Shown one piece after another: positions 9,497 through 19,282 of a stretch of 64,000 nucleotides of DNA. The DNA comes from Bacteroidales bacterium (GTDB lineage: Bacteria; Bacteroidota; Bacteroidia; Bacteroidales; VadinHA17). Below the pieces are notes generated by a model. The model was not told the DNA's origin. It did no database searches and saw only the letters and a list, made by a program, of their open reading frames with translations. The position numbers and the translations under genes were made by a program. The stretch lies in NCBI GenBank assembly GCA_049294075.1, contig JBAQCK010000138.1, forward strand, positions 38,361-102,360, read 5' to 3'. How positions within the stretch are numbered: position 1 is the stretch's first letter; each line of letters opens with the position of its first letter.

Positions 9497-9955
9497 TCAA
9501 ATGTCCATTTTCGGTACATCTCTTATTATGTAAACCAGGTAATCTCCCAGATACCTGAATCCGAATGACTCATAAAGCTTTATCGCTTTTTTGTTTGTGG
9601 TATGTACCTCAAGTTTTACCTGATAACCCGTTGACTTTACGAACCTTAGCGATTCGCCGAGCAGAAATTTAGAAAGACCTTTGCCCTGAAATTCCGGCAG
9701 AATGCCAAAATGGTGGAGGAAAATTCTTCTGCCGTCGAAAGTCAGCCAGGATGTTCCGGCTATCCGGCCTGAGCTTATGTCTTCCAGGATAAGAAGCTTG
9801 CCGCCAAGCCGGATGGTTTCCAGGATTGTGTCACAGTCATCTCCCCGTTCCGGATTTCCCATTTCTGTCTGCTTCCACAGGGCTGCGACAAGTTCAAAGT
9901 CATCTTCCCTGAACGGCCGCACCAGGAATTCATCTTTAATCCGGCTTTCTGTCAT
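9497..9955 (-). CDS. GNAT family N-acetyltransferase
   Basis: 152 aa. Q/RxxGxG/A-type CoA loop (EFQGKGLSKFLL). 4-bp overlap with the mqnA stop. Confidence 0.8.
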   Translation of the reverse strand: MTESRIKDEFLVRPFREDDFELVAALWKQTEMGNPERGDDCDTILETIRLGGKLLILEDISSGRIAGTSWLTFDGRRIFLHHFGILPEFQGKGLSKFLLGESLRFVKSTGYQVKLEVHTTNKKAIKLYESFGFRYLGDYLVYIIRDVPKMDI

Positions 9956-10707
9956 AGCTTCCTGAGATATCCGAGAAACAAATCCAGTGCTTTTCTTTTG
10001 CGCTCGTCGAAGTTGTAATCTATATTATTTTTCAGATAATCCTTCAAGACTTTTCCTGTTATGGTTCCCGCATTTTCAAATCTTTCAGCTACCTTGTCGA
10101 TGTTGTTGACTCCCAATGCCAGTGCATCATTGAAACCGGAGATAAAATCCGCGGGCAGCTCCTTGTTGGCAATCCAGCAGGCAAATACGAAGGGCAGACC
10201 TGTGAAATTTTTCCATTCCTCTGCCAGATCAATACTGTAACTGTATCTGTTCTCCAGTTCAAAGCATTGATCGCCGATCAATACTACAGCATCATTGATT
10301 CCAACTGATTTGAAGTCAAACCCTTCGAAGGTGTTTATCCATTCAGGTTCCCTTTTCCAGAAATTCCGCGCGATAACTCTTATCAGATTCACCGATGTTC
10401 TCGATCTGTAATCGAGGAACACCCGTTGTACGGTTTCAGGCCTGGAATCGCTCATAAGTTGCACCGTTCTAACCTTACCGTCAGCGCCTATGCAGTAATC
10501 TCCGATGATGTGATATCTTTCAATCAGCGGTATTGCAGCCACCGGAACAAGTCCGAGATCAGCCCTTCCCGAAATCAGCTTGGCTGCGCATTCCGACGGA
10601 TGGTCCGTCTCGATGACAGCCCTGCTGTCAAATCTGCTTTCTGTAAGTCCATAGATAAAAGGATATGTGTTGGCGTACCTTACGGCTGATATTCTGATTT
10701 TATGCAT
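9952..10707 (-). CDS. mqnA: chorismate dehydratase (futalosine pathway)
   Basis: MHKIRISAVRYANTYPFIYGL ... GRADLGLVPVAAIP. Start set at the ATG at 10707, so the gene no longer overlaps purB. Confidence 0.75.
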   Translation of the reverse strand: MHKIRISAVRYANTYPFIYGLTESRFDSRAVIETDHPSECAAKLISGRADLGLVPVAAIPLIERYHIIGDYCIGADGKVRTVQLMSDSRPETVQRVFLDYRSRTSVNLIRVIARNFWKREPEWINTFEGFDFKSVGINDAVVLIGDQCFELENRYSYSIDLAEEWKNFTGLPFVFACWIANKELPADFISGFNDALALGVNNIDKVAERFENAGTITGKVLKDYLKNNIDYNFDERKRKALDLFLGYLRKL

Positions 10708-10735
10708 TACTTGTAATTTGGAGCTTCTAAAATAG

Positions 10736-10743
10736 TACTTTTG
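10736..10743 (+). promoter_or_regulatory. candidate Bacteroidota -7 box (TACTTTTG) for purB
   Basis: Perfect TAnnTTTG match 40 nt upstream of the purB ATG. Confidence 0.4.
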
Positions 10744-10783
10744 TATACATATTGTAACAATGGAACAGCCAAAAAGGTAAACA

Positions 10784-12127
10784 ATGGAATTGAATAATCT
10801 TACTGCCATTTCACCCGTCGACGGACGATACAGGCACAAGACAGGCAAACTGGACGGGTACTTCTCGGAGTTCGCCCTGATAAAGTACCGGCTGATGGTG
10901 GAAGTTGAATATTTCATTGCTCTCTGCGAAATACCCCTTCCGCAGCTTTTGGATTTCGGAAAGGAGAACTTCACTTCACTAAGGGCTCTTTATGAGGATT
11001 TTGACATTAAGGAAGCTGAGCGCGTGAAGGAACTGGAACGAACCACAAACCACGATGTGAAAGCTGTGGAGTACTATCTTAAGGAGCGGTTTTTCAAGTC
11101 GGGGTGGGGCAGATGGTCGGAATTCATTCACTTTGGTCTGACATCGCAGGATATTAATAACACAGCTATTCCGCTTTCGCTGAAAGACGGCCTTGCCGAA
11201 GTGTATTTTCCTTTTCTTTTTGAATTGAGGGAAATGTTAGCCGGTCTTGCCGAGGAATGGAAAGACATACCGATGCTCGCCAGGACTCATGGTCAGCCGG
11301 CATCGCCAACGCGGTTGGGAAAAGAGATAAGGGTATTTATCGCCAGGATAGATGAACAATCGAAATATTTCGGGCAGATTCCATATTCGGCAAAATTCGG
11401 CGGAGCGACAGGCAATATGAATGCTCATAAGGCAGCATATCCGGATATTGACTGGACAGGATTCGCCGACGGCTTTGTTAGTGAGGTGCTGGGGCTTCAG
11501 CGGTCTTTCCCGACGACCCAGATTGAGCACTACGACAATCTTGCCGCCTTGTTTGACAATCTTCGCCGGATAAACGTGATACTGACTGACCTGGCCAGGG
11601 ACATGTGGCTCTATATATCATTCGAATACTTCAGGCAGAAGATCCGCAAGGGTGAGATAGGATCATCAGCCATGCCCCACAAGGTTAATCCAATCGATTT
11701 TGAAAACAGCGAGGGCAACCTGGGATATGCAAATGCTATTTTCGGGTACATGGCTGAAAAACTTCCGGTCTCACGGCTTCAGCGCGATCTTACCGATTCC
11801 ACTGTGCTAAGGAACATAGGCGTCCCGATCGGACATACGGTGATTGCCATGAATTCCCTTCTGAAAGGATTGAACCGTGTTGTGGTTAACAGGGAAAAGA
11901 TCGAAAGCGACCTTGAAAATAACTGGGCAGTAGTGGGGGAAGCCATACAGACCATTCTGAGAAGGGAGGGTTTTCATAAGCCATATGAAGCTTTGCTTGA
12001 TCTTACCCGGACAAACCAGAAGATAACCAGGGAGTCAATAATTGATTTCATTGATGGTCTCGATATCAGCGAATCCCTGAAATCGGAACTTAAAGGGATC
12101 ACACCCTCTAATTACACCGGTTTCTGA
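10784..12127 (+). CDS. purB: adenylosuccinate lyase
   Basis: Fumarate-lyase signature GSSAMPHKVNP. Full length at 447 aa. Confidence 0.93.
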   Translation: MELNNLTAISPVDGRYRHKTGKLDGYFSEFALIKYRLMVEVEYFIALCEIPLPQLLDFGKENFTSLRALYEDFDIKEAERVKELERTTNHDVKAVEYYLKERFFKSGWGRWSEFIHFGLTSQDINNTAIPLSLKDGLAEVYFPFLFELREMLAGLAEEWKDIPMLARTHGQPASPTRLGKEIRVFIARIDEQSKYFGQIPYSAKFGGATGNMNAHKAAYPDIDWTGFADGFVSEVLGLQRSFPTTQIEHYDNLAALFDNLRRINVILTDLARDMWLYISFEYFRQKIRKGEIGSSAMPHKVNPIDFENSEGNLGYANAIFGYMAEKLPVSRLQRDLTDSTVLRNIGVPIGHTVIAMNSLLKGLNRVVVNREKIESDLENNWAVVGEAIQTILRREGFHKPYEALLDLTRTNQKITRESIIDFIDGLDISESLKSELKGITPSNYTGF

Positions 12128-12128
12128 A

Positions 12129-13949
12129 ATGAGCAAAGCCAGGCTTCTTCTCAAGTATATCGAACCATATAAATGGTCGGCATTAAGGAATATTATCTAC
12201 AATATCCTTAGTGCGTTGTTTGCCCTCATATCCTATACTCTTGTGATTCCGTTCCTGCAGATACTTTTCGACCGTGTCGGCACTACCCCTGATCCCGGAG
12301 AATTTCAGATGAACCTCGACTACCTTGGCAAAGCCGCCAGGTATTACCTGTACGACTTTATCGACACTTATGGCGAATTCCGGGCGCTTATGCTTGTTTG
12401 TGCGATTGTTGTCGGTGCAAGTCTTTTAAAGAACGGGTTCATTTTTATGGCAAACAACAGCATTGCCTTTATCAGGGCTTCAGTTGTCAGGGATCTGAGA
12501 AAAAAAATGTATGACAAGGTGTTACGACTTCAGCTGTCATTCTTTTCCGATGCGAGGAAGGGAGATGTGATGACGAGGATATCGAACGATGTCCAGGAAA
12601 TCGAACTATCGGTGGTGTCATCCCTGACCATGATGTTCAGGGATCCATTGTATATTCTTTTGTTTGTCATTTATCTTTTTATCGCCAGTTATCAGCTCAC
12701 CCTGTTTGCCCTTGTTCTGCTTCCGATCAGCGGCTGGCTGATAGGAAAGGCAAGCCGTACGCTTCGATCTTCATCCTTTGTTGGCCAGCAGTATCTCGGG
12801 AAACTCTTGTCGGTTGTCGAAGAGACACTTACCGGATTACGAATAGTGAAGGGATTCAACGCCGAGGAAAAGATGACACAGCAGTTTGCACAAACAAATG
12901 AGCGCTATTCGAAAGTATTCAAGAGGGTTACCCGCAAGGCATATCTGGCTTCTCCTGTCAGTGAATTTCTGTCGACGATAGTCCTGATGGTGCTTATGTA
13001 CTTCGGCAGCACGCTTGCCCTGAAGGGTTCAGGCAATATGGGACAGGAGCAGCTGATCGCCTTTCTGGTGATCTTCTCCCAGATCCTTCCGCCTGCAAAA
13101 AACATTACAACAGCATGGTTCAGTATACAGAAAGGGATGGCATCGGTCGACAGGATTGACCAGATACTTGAAGCTGAGGAAACAATCACTGAGAAGCCGG
13201 ACGCATTGCCTGTGAGTGACTTCAGCGACTCGATTGAATTCAGGAATGTATGGTATGGTTACAACGATGAACCGATTCTGAAGGATATCAATCTTAAAAT
13301 AAAAAAAGGTCAGACAGTAGCCGTTGTTGGCAAATCAGGAGCCGGAAAATCGACACTGGCCGACCTCCTGCCCAGGTTCATGGATGTTGATACGGGTCAG
13401 GTACTGATCGATGGCGTTGATGTCCGCGACCTTAAGCTGACTGATCTGAGAAGCCTGATGGGGATCGTGAGCCAGCAATCGATTCTTTTCAACACTACTT
13501 TCAGGGAGAACATTGCTTTCGGAGTTGCTGAACCTGATATGGAGAAGGTGATTGAAGCAGCAAGAATAGCCAATGCTCACGATTTTATTATGGAGACCGA
13601 AAATGGCTATGAAACCGGCGTGGGAGAGGGTGGAAGCAAGCTGAGCGGGGGACAGCGGCAGAGGATAAGCATTGCAAGGGCTATTATGGCCAATCCTCCC
13701 ATTCTTATTCTCGACGAAGCAACATCAGCCCTCGACACCGAATCAGAACGACTTGTTCAGGAGGCAATCGTGAACCTCATGAAGAACAGGACCTCGCTTG
13801 TGATTGCTCATCGTCTTTCAACCATTAAGCATTCCGATATGATTGTTGTTATTGACAATGGCCGCATCATTGAGACCGGAACGCATACTGAACTGATGGA
13901 CAGGGAAGACGGATACTACCGGAAGCTTCACAGTTATCAGGCTATATAA
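12129..13949 (+). CDS. ABC exporter, fused permease/ATPase (MsbA-like)
   Basis: N-terminal 6-TM domain. Walker A GKSGAGKST, signature LSGGQRQR, Walker B ILILDEATSALD. Confidence 0.9.
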   Translation: MSKARLLLKYIEPYKWSALRNIIYNILSALFALISYTLVIPFLQILFDRVGTTPDPGEFQMNLDYLGKAARYYLYDFIDTYGEFRALMLVCAIVVGASLLKNGFIFMANNSIAFIRASVVRDLRKKMYDKVLRLQLSFFSDARKGDVMTRISNDVQEIELSVVSSLTMMFRDPLYILLFVIYLFIASYQLTLFALVLLPISGWLIGKASRTLRSSSFVGQQYLGKLLSVVEETLTGLRIVKGFNAEEKMTQQFAQTNERYSKVFKRVTRKAYLASPVSEFLSTIVLMVLMYFGSTLALKGSGNMGQEQLIAFLVIFSQILPPAKNITTAWFSIQKGMASVDRIDQILEAEETITEKPDALPVSDFSDSIEFRNVWYGYNDEPILKDINLKIKKGQTVAVVGKSGAGKSTLADLLPRFMDVDTGQVLIDGVDVRDLKLTDLRSLMGIVSQQSILFNTTFRENIAFGVAEPDMEKVIEAARIANAHDFIMETENGYETGVGEGGSKLSGGQRQRISIARAIMANPPILILDEATSALDTESERLVQEAIVNLMKNRTSLVIAHRLSTIKHSDMIVVIDNGRIIETGTHTELMDREDGYYRKLHSYQAI

Positions 13950-13954
13950 ACCGG

Positions 13955-16900
13955 TTGAAAATTTCAAAAAGTCTTATGCCGGGGAAGGAAAAATATTGCA
14001 GCCTTTTGTTATTGTTTATTCTTTTTGCGCTGATAGAATCACCTCTCAATGCCCAGATAGACTTTTCATACCAGTCGGATTACTATTTCCTCAAGGGGAA
14101 GGATGCGGTGTCGCTTCCGGCAACCTGGAAGGATCCCGGATTTGATTGTACTTCGTGGAACTGGGGCAAAGCGCCATTCAGGTACGGAAACGGAGCAGGA
14201 GGGACGGAGCTGACTGATATGCAGAATAGCTTCACGACTCTGTTCCTGAGATCGGAATTTGACTGTCAGAATAAGGATCTCCTTAAGGAAATAGTAATTG
14301 CTGCTGATTTTGACGACGGTTTTATAATCTGGATAAACGGATCGGAGGCACTGAGGACCAATTCTCCGTCAGCACCTTCGTACAACAGTGTCGCACCGGC
14401 CAACCATGAATCGGGTACAGGTGAATATTTTACTCTGGATGCTACTGAGGTTGACCTGGTAAACGGAACAAACTACATCGCCATTCAGGGTTTTAATGTC
14501 AGTCTGAACAGTACGGACTTCTATCTTGATTTTGAAATCCATGCAGAGATAAGCCTGCCCCAGCTTACAGATACCCTGGGACTTGATTTTTCTGTGAAAT
14601 CCGGATTTTATGACTCTCCTTTCAGCCTTTCTGTGTCATCACCTGATCCGGCACTTGAAATAACTTACACCCTTGATGGCAGTAATCCGCAGAACTCCCC
14701 TACATCATTCGTTGTCCCCAATCCTGCGTTAATACTTATCGATCCGGAAAGCACAGAAGGAAGGCCAGCTGCCCCATCGGTTACAGTGCGGGCTTCAGCA
14801 TCAAGGACGGGAATGAAGCCGGCAATGTCATCAACAAGAACATATATTTTTCCTGAAAAAGTCAGGACTCAAAAATGGCCGGGAGGCAACTGGCCTGCAA
14901 CCAGTATAAACGGGCAGATCATTGATCTTGAAATGGATCCTGAAGTGGTGGAGGATCCTTTGTATTCTCCCCGGCTGACAGGCTCTCTTCTCGGGATACC
15001 ATCGGTTTCAATTGTGACTGACAACCGTAACCTGTTTGATCCGTCTTCAGGAATCTATGTAAATGCAAAGGGACACGGACTGGGATGGGAAAGGGAATGC
15101 AGTTTTGAGTTGATTTACCCCGATGGAAGGGAGGGATTCAGCATCAATGCCGGTTTAAGAATCCGGGGCGGATACAGCCGTGATGACGCATTTCCGAAAC
15201 ATGCCTTCCGGCTTTTCTTCAGAGAGAAATATGGATATGATAAACTCAGATATCCGCTTTTTGGAGATGAAGGAGTCGATGTGTTCGATAAAATCGACCT
15301 GAGGGCAGAACAGAATTATGCCTGGAGCAACGGTCAGTCGAATAATTCAATGGTAAGAGAGGTGTTTTCGCGCGATACCCAGCGCGACATGGGTCAGCCT
15401 TATACCCGGAGCAGGTATTATCATCTTTATCTCAATGGTATGTACTGGGGCCTGTTCCAGTCGCAGGAAAGATCGGAAGCAAGATATGGCCAGTCTTATT
15501 TTGGAGGAAGCGAGGACGACTATGACGTTATAAAGGTAAATACAGAAAATGGTTACCTGGTGGAAGCCACCGACGGAACGCTCGATTCATGGAGGGTTCT
15601 TTACAATATGTGTACAAAGGGATTCACTTCAAATGCAGAATATTTCAGTATTGAAGGGAAAGATGCCTGGGGGAAGCCTGTCATCGGAGGTGAAGTAAAG
15701 ATTGATCTCGACAACCTGATTGATTTCATGTCGGTCATTTTTTATACTGGTAACTTTGATTCTCCCACTGCAGTTTTCATGCAGAATAAAAAGGCTAATA
15801 ATTTCTATGCCATTGACGACCGAAATGATAAGTCGGCAGGATTTAAATTTTTTATCCATGATGCCGAGCATTCGTTGTTTGATGAGGCTCACAGCCCCGG
15901 CACAGGACTGTTTGAAGACAGGGTGAATATCGGAACCAGGACAGACGCTCTCCGAATGGAAGTCAGCGATCTAACCAGGTTTCATCCGCAGTGGATTCAT
16001 TTCAGGCTGTCAGATAACCCCGAATACCGCATCCGTTTTGCCGACAGGGCCTGGCGGCACTTTTCCGATACGGGAGTATTTGCCCCGGATAGAGTGCTGG
16101 ACCGGCTTGAAAAGAGGATCAGCGAAGCAGATATTGCAGTTGTGGCAGAATCGGCCAGATGGGGTGATGCAATACGGTCAGGGGCACCATACACAAAAGA
16201 CAACAACTGGATTCCGGAAATCAATAAAATCAGAAACAGGTTCATCCCGGAGAGGACACGGATAGTGATAAACCAGCTGAAGCAGGCAGGACTCTATCCG
16301 CTGATCAAGGCTCCGGTTATAAGCGCTGAGAACGGGATAGTTAGTCGGGACGTAATGCCGATTATCGGATCGGTGCATGTTACTATCGGGAATCCGAACC
16401 CCGCGGGAACCATTTACTATACTCTTGATGGTTCCGACCCGAGGAAGATTGGAGGAGGCGTTAACAAGGGTGTAGCCTTTTCGCTCGATAAGGTAAGCAT
16501 GGAGCTTAACGAGTCGACTGTGATCAGGGCGAGGATCCTTTCTTCCGGCGAGTGGAGCGCAATCGTCCATGCAAATTTCATTAAGCAGCCTGAAGATTAC
16601 AGCGGGCTTGGAATAACTGAGCTTAATTATCATCCTCCCGATATTATTAATGGATACGATACGCTTTCCGGGAAGGATCTCGAATTCATCGAATTTAAAA
16701 ATACCGGGAATCACTCAATAAATCTCGGGGGACTTGAGATTGACTCGGCAGTTCATTACAAGTTTCCTGAAAATTGTCTTCTTCCACCGAAGCAGTTTTT
16801 TGTTATCGCATCAAAGCCTTCAAATTTCTTCACTCATTACGGGATGCTTCCCTCTGGTAATTACGAGGGAAATCTTTCCAATGCCGGCGAGGAAGTACTT

Positions 16901-17371
16901 GTAAGGGACAGGAGTGGTGCCGAAATAATAAGGTTTATCTATGAAGATTCCGCGCCCTGGCCTGATGGTGCCGACGGAGACGGCTTTTCAATGGCCTCGG
17001 CAGCTGTCAATCCTGCCGGTGATCCGGGTGATCCTTCATACTGGACTCTTTCGGTTGAGAAGGACGGTAATCCATTTGCTGACAACGTTATGACCCCGGA
17101 TGTTCCGATTGATCCGGCTCCGGATGGATCACTTCTTGTATATCCGAATCCGACTACCGGAATTGTGACGGTTCATCTGTTTACCGATGAAGTACTTGAA
17201 GAAATGGATCTGGAAATACACTCAGCAGCCGGTAAACTGATGAAAAGACTTGAAATAGGAAATCCGGGGCTAATTGATCTTAAATCTGAAGGACTTCCGG
17301 CAGGATTCTATATCTTAGGGGTCAAAACAGCAGATTATTCAATTAAAACTGCAATCATACTGACAAAATAA
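13955..17371 (+). CDS. CotH kinase-family protein with lamin-tail domain and T9SS C-terminal sorting domain
   Basis: CotH core (YVNAKGHGLGWERECSFEL...LRIRGGYSRDDAFPKHAFRLFF). Two xYYTLDGSxP modules. LTD-like segment (ITELNYHP...EFIEFKNTG). C-terminal LLVYPNPTTGIVTV...TAIILTK. The start is either TTG 13955 or ATG 13976. Confidence 0.8.
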   Translation: MKISKSLMPGKEKYCSLLLLFILFALIESPLNAQIDFSYQSDYYFLKGKDAVSLPATWKDPGFDCTSWNWGKAPFRYGNGAGGTELTDMQNSFTTLFLRSEFDCQNKDLLKEIVIAADFDDGFIIWINGSEALRTNSPSAPSYNSVAPANHESGTGEYFTLDATEVDLVNGTNYIAIQGFNVSLNSTDFYLDFEIHAEISLPQLTDTLGLDFSVKSGFYDSPFSLSVSSPDPALEITYTLDGSNPQNSPTSFVVPNPALILIDPESTEGRPAAPSVTVRASASRTGMKPAMSSTRTYIFPEKVRTQKWPGGNWPATSINGQIIDLEMDPEVVEDPLYSPRLTGSLLGIPSVSIVTDNRNLFDPSSGIYVNAKGHGLGWERECSFELIYPDGREGFSINAGLRIRGGYSRDDAFPKHAFRLFFREKYGYDKLRYPLFGDEGVDVFDKIDLRAEQNYAWSNGQSNNSMVREVFSRDTQRDMGQPYTRSRYYHLYLNGMYWGLFQSQERSEARYGQSYFGGSEDDYDVIKVNTENGYLVEATDGTLDSWRVLYNMCTKGFTSNAEYFSIEGKDAWGKPVIGGEVKIDLDNLIDFMSVIFYTGNFDSPTAVFMQNKKANNFYAIDDRNDKSAGFKFFIHDAEHSLFDEAHSPGTGLFEDRVNIGTRTDALRMEVSDLTRFHPQWIHFRLSDNPEYRIRFADRAWRHFSDTGVFAPDRVLDRLEKRISEADIAVVAESARWGDAIRSGAPYTKDNNWIPEINKIRNRFIPERTRIVINQLKQAGLYPLIKAPVISAENGIVSRDVMPIIGSVHVTIGNPNPAGTIYYTLDGSDPRKIGGGVNKGVAFSLDKVSMELNESTVIRARILSSGEWSAIVHANFIKQPEDYSGLGITELNYHPPDIINGYDTLSGKDLEFIEFKNTGNHSINLGGLEIDSAVHYKFPENCLLPPKQFFVIASKPSNFFTHYGMLPSGNYEGNLSNAGEEVLVRDRSGAEIIRFIYEDSAPWPDGADGDGFSMASAAVNPAGDPGDPSYWTLSVEKDGNPFADNVMTPDVPIDPAPDGSLLVYPNPTTGIVTVHLFTDEVLEEMDLEIHSAAGKLMKRLEIGNPGLIDLKSEGLPAGFYILGVKTADYSIKTAIILTK

Positions 17372-17388
17372 TAATCAAAACCAGGACT

Positions 17389-19209
17389 ATGCCACGAAGA
17401 ATTTTACTGATAAGTCTTTCTGTTATTTTTATAACAGTGTCGGGATTTTCGCAGAAGGCAAAAACGAAGCAAACCTTTGCTCTGGGCACAACTGAGTTTT
17501 TGCTTGATGGGAGCCCTTTCCAGATTATAAGCGGCGAGTTGCATCCTTCGAGGATTCCTGCCGACTACTGGCGTCACAGGATCCAGATGGCAAAAGCAAT
17601 GGGATGCAACACAATCAGTGTGTACATCATGTGGAACTACCACGAACAGGAGGAGGGTGTCTTTGATTTTGAGACAGGCAACAGGAATCTGGCGCAGTTC
17701 TTCAACATAGTGCAGGAAGAGGGTTTATGGCTGATTGTCAGGCCGGGACCATACGTATGTGCAGAATGGGAGCTTGGAGGCATTCCTCCTTATCTGCTCA
17801 GGATTCCTGACATCAGGCTCAGGTGCATGGATCCAAGGTACATGGCTGCCGCGGAGCGTTACATGGCAAAGCTTGCCGAAGTGGTTAAACCTTTCCAGGT
17901 GACCAACGGAGGCCCCCTTCTTTTGCTGCAGATAGAAAATGAGTATGGCAGCTTTGGAAATGACAGGAATTACCTTGCCCGCCTGAAAGAGGTATGGACT
18001 GAGAACGGGATTAATGTTCCGCTTTTCACCGGCGACGGACCAACTACCTATATGCTTGAAGCAGGCACTCTGCCGGGCTGTGCCGTGGGTCTCGATTCGG
18101 GAAGCAGGCCCGAACATTTCGAGCTTGCAGCCAAAATGAATCCCGGAGTTCCTGTTTTCAGCAGTGAGACTTATCCGGGCTGGCTCACACACTGGGGAGA
18201 AGAATGGGCAAGGCCCGATACCACAAGTCTGCTGAAGGAGATCAAATACCTTATGGACAACAAGAAGTCTTTTAACTTTTATGTCATTCACGGAGGAACC
18301 AACTTTGGCTATACCGCCGGAGCCAATTCAGGCGGTAAGGGATACGAGCCGGATGTTACCAGTTATGATTATGATGCTCCAATTGATGAGCAGGGAAGGC
18401 CCAGGGCCAAATATTTTGCATTGAGGAACCTCATTGGCTCTTACCTTCCAAAGGGAAAAAAACTTCCTCCGGTTCCCGAACCGATACCCTCTTATGATAT
18501 CCCGTCCATCGGTCTTACAGTTTTTTCATCAGTATGGGACAATCTTCCTCAGGCCGTCAGTTCTGTCCAGCCTAAACCATTTGAAGCTTACGGCCAGGAT
18601 TATGGATTCATTCTTTATTCAACCGAGCTGATTGGTCATAAGAAGGGTAAACTGACAGTTACCGATCTTCATGATTACGCGACAGTGTTTCTGAATGGCG
18701 AATTCATTGGTACACTCGACAGGAGAGAAGGAATTAACACTATTGATATCCCTGAGAGTAAAGCTGAGCGCCCGCTTCTTGAAATTCTGGTGGAGGGAAT
18801 GGGACGTATCAATTTTGCCCAGAATCTGATCGATCGCAAAGGTATAACCGACCGGGTGACCCTTAACGGTATGACTTTGATGAACTGGAAAGTGTACAAT
18901 CTTCCGATGGATGACAAATTCATTTATGACCTCAGGTCATCCAACAGGACCCCCGGGAAGAGGGGCATTTTCTTCAAGGGCAACTTTTTTCTGTCGGCTG
19001 CCGGTGACACTTTTCTTGATATTACGAACTTTCAGAAAGGAGTTATCTGGATCAACGGCCATAACCTCGGCCGCTACTGGAATATCGGACCACAGACAAG
19101 ATTTTATTGTCCGGCTTCATTCCTGAGAAAAGGCAACAATGAAATGATCGTATTTGATCTGTTGCAGACAGAGCCTCAGATTGTTGTCGGTTTCAAGACA
19201 GCGGAATAG
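17389..19209 (+). CDS. GH35 beta-galactosidase
   Basis: Signal peptide, GCNTISVYIMWNYHE, and the catalytic QIENEYGS motif. Confidence 0.88.
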   Translation: MPRRILLISLSVIFITVSGFSQKAKTKQTFALGTTEFLLDGSPFQIISGELHPSRIPADYWRHRIQMAKAMGCNTISVYIMWNYHEQEEGVFDFETGNRNLAQFFNIVQEEGLWLIVRPGPYVCAEWELGGIPPYLLRIPDIRLRCMDPRYMAAAERYMAKLAEVVKPFQVTNGGPLLLLQIENEYGSFGNDRNYLARLKEVWTENGINVPLFTGDGPTTYMLEAGTLPGCAVGLDSGSRPEHFELAAKMNPGVPVFSSETYPGWLTHWGEEWARPDTTSLLKEIKYLMDNKKSFNFYVIHGGTNFGYTAGANSGGKGYEPDVTSYDYDAPIDEQGRPRAKYFALRNLIGSYLPKGKKLPPVPEPIPSYDIPSIGLTVFSSVWDNLPQAVSSVQPKPFEAYGQDYGFILYSTELIGHKKGKLTVTDLHDYATVFLNGEFIGTLDRREGINTIDIPESKAERPLLEILVEGMGRINFAQNLIDRKGITDRVTLNGMTLMNWKVYNLPMDDKFIYDLRSSNRTPGKRGIFFKGNFFLSAAGDTFLDITNFQKGVIWINGHNLGRYWNIGPQTRFYCPASFLRKGNNEMIVFDLLQTEPQIVVGFKTAE

Positions 19210-19223
19210 ACAATTCGTGCAAT

Positions 19224-19257
19224 AAAAAAAGGAGCGCCTGACGACGCTCCTTTTTTT
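19224..19257. terminator. bidirectional rho-independent terminator
   Basis: A7-GGAGCG-CCTGACGA-CGCTCC-T7, between convergent genes. Confidence 0.75.
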
Positions 19258-19282
19258 ATGAGGCATCCCGCTTATTGACTGA

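Noticed and set aside
9178-9955. GNAT acetyltransferase plus a small DNA-binding protein as a GNAT/antitoxin type II TA pair.
   Set aside because: The gene order is wrong, with the toxin-like gene first. The pair is separated by 76 bp, the GNAT is translationally coupled to mqnA, and the small protein shows no RHH/DUF1778-like features.
9952-10974. 340-aa ORF extending mqnA 267 bp upstream across the purB start.
   Set aside because: The conserved MqnA N-terminus begins at the internal ATG at 10707. The extension is low-complexity, overlaps purB and its TACTTTTG box, and is an artefact of longest-ORF calling.
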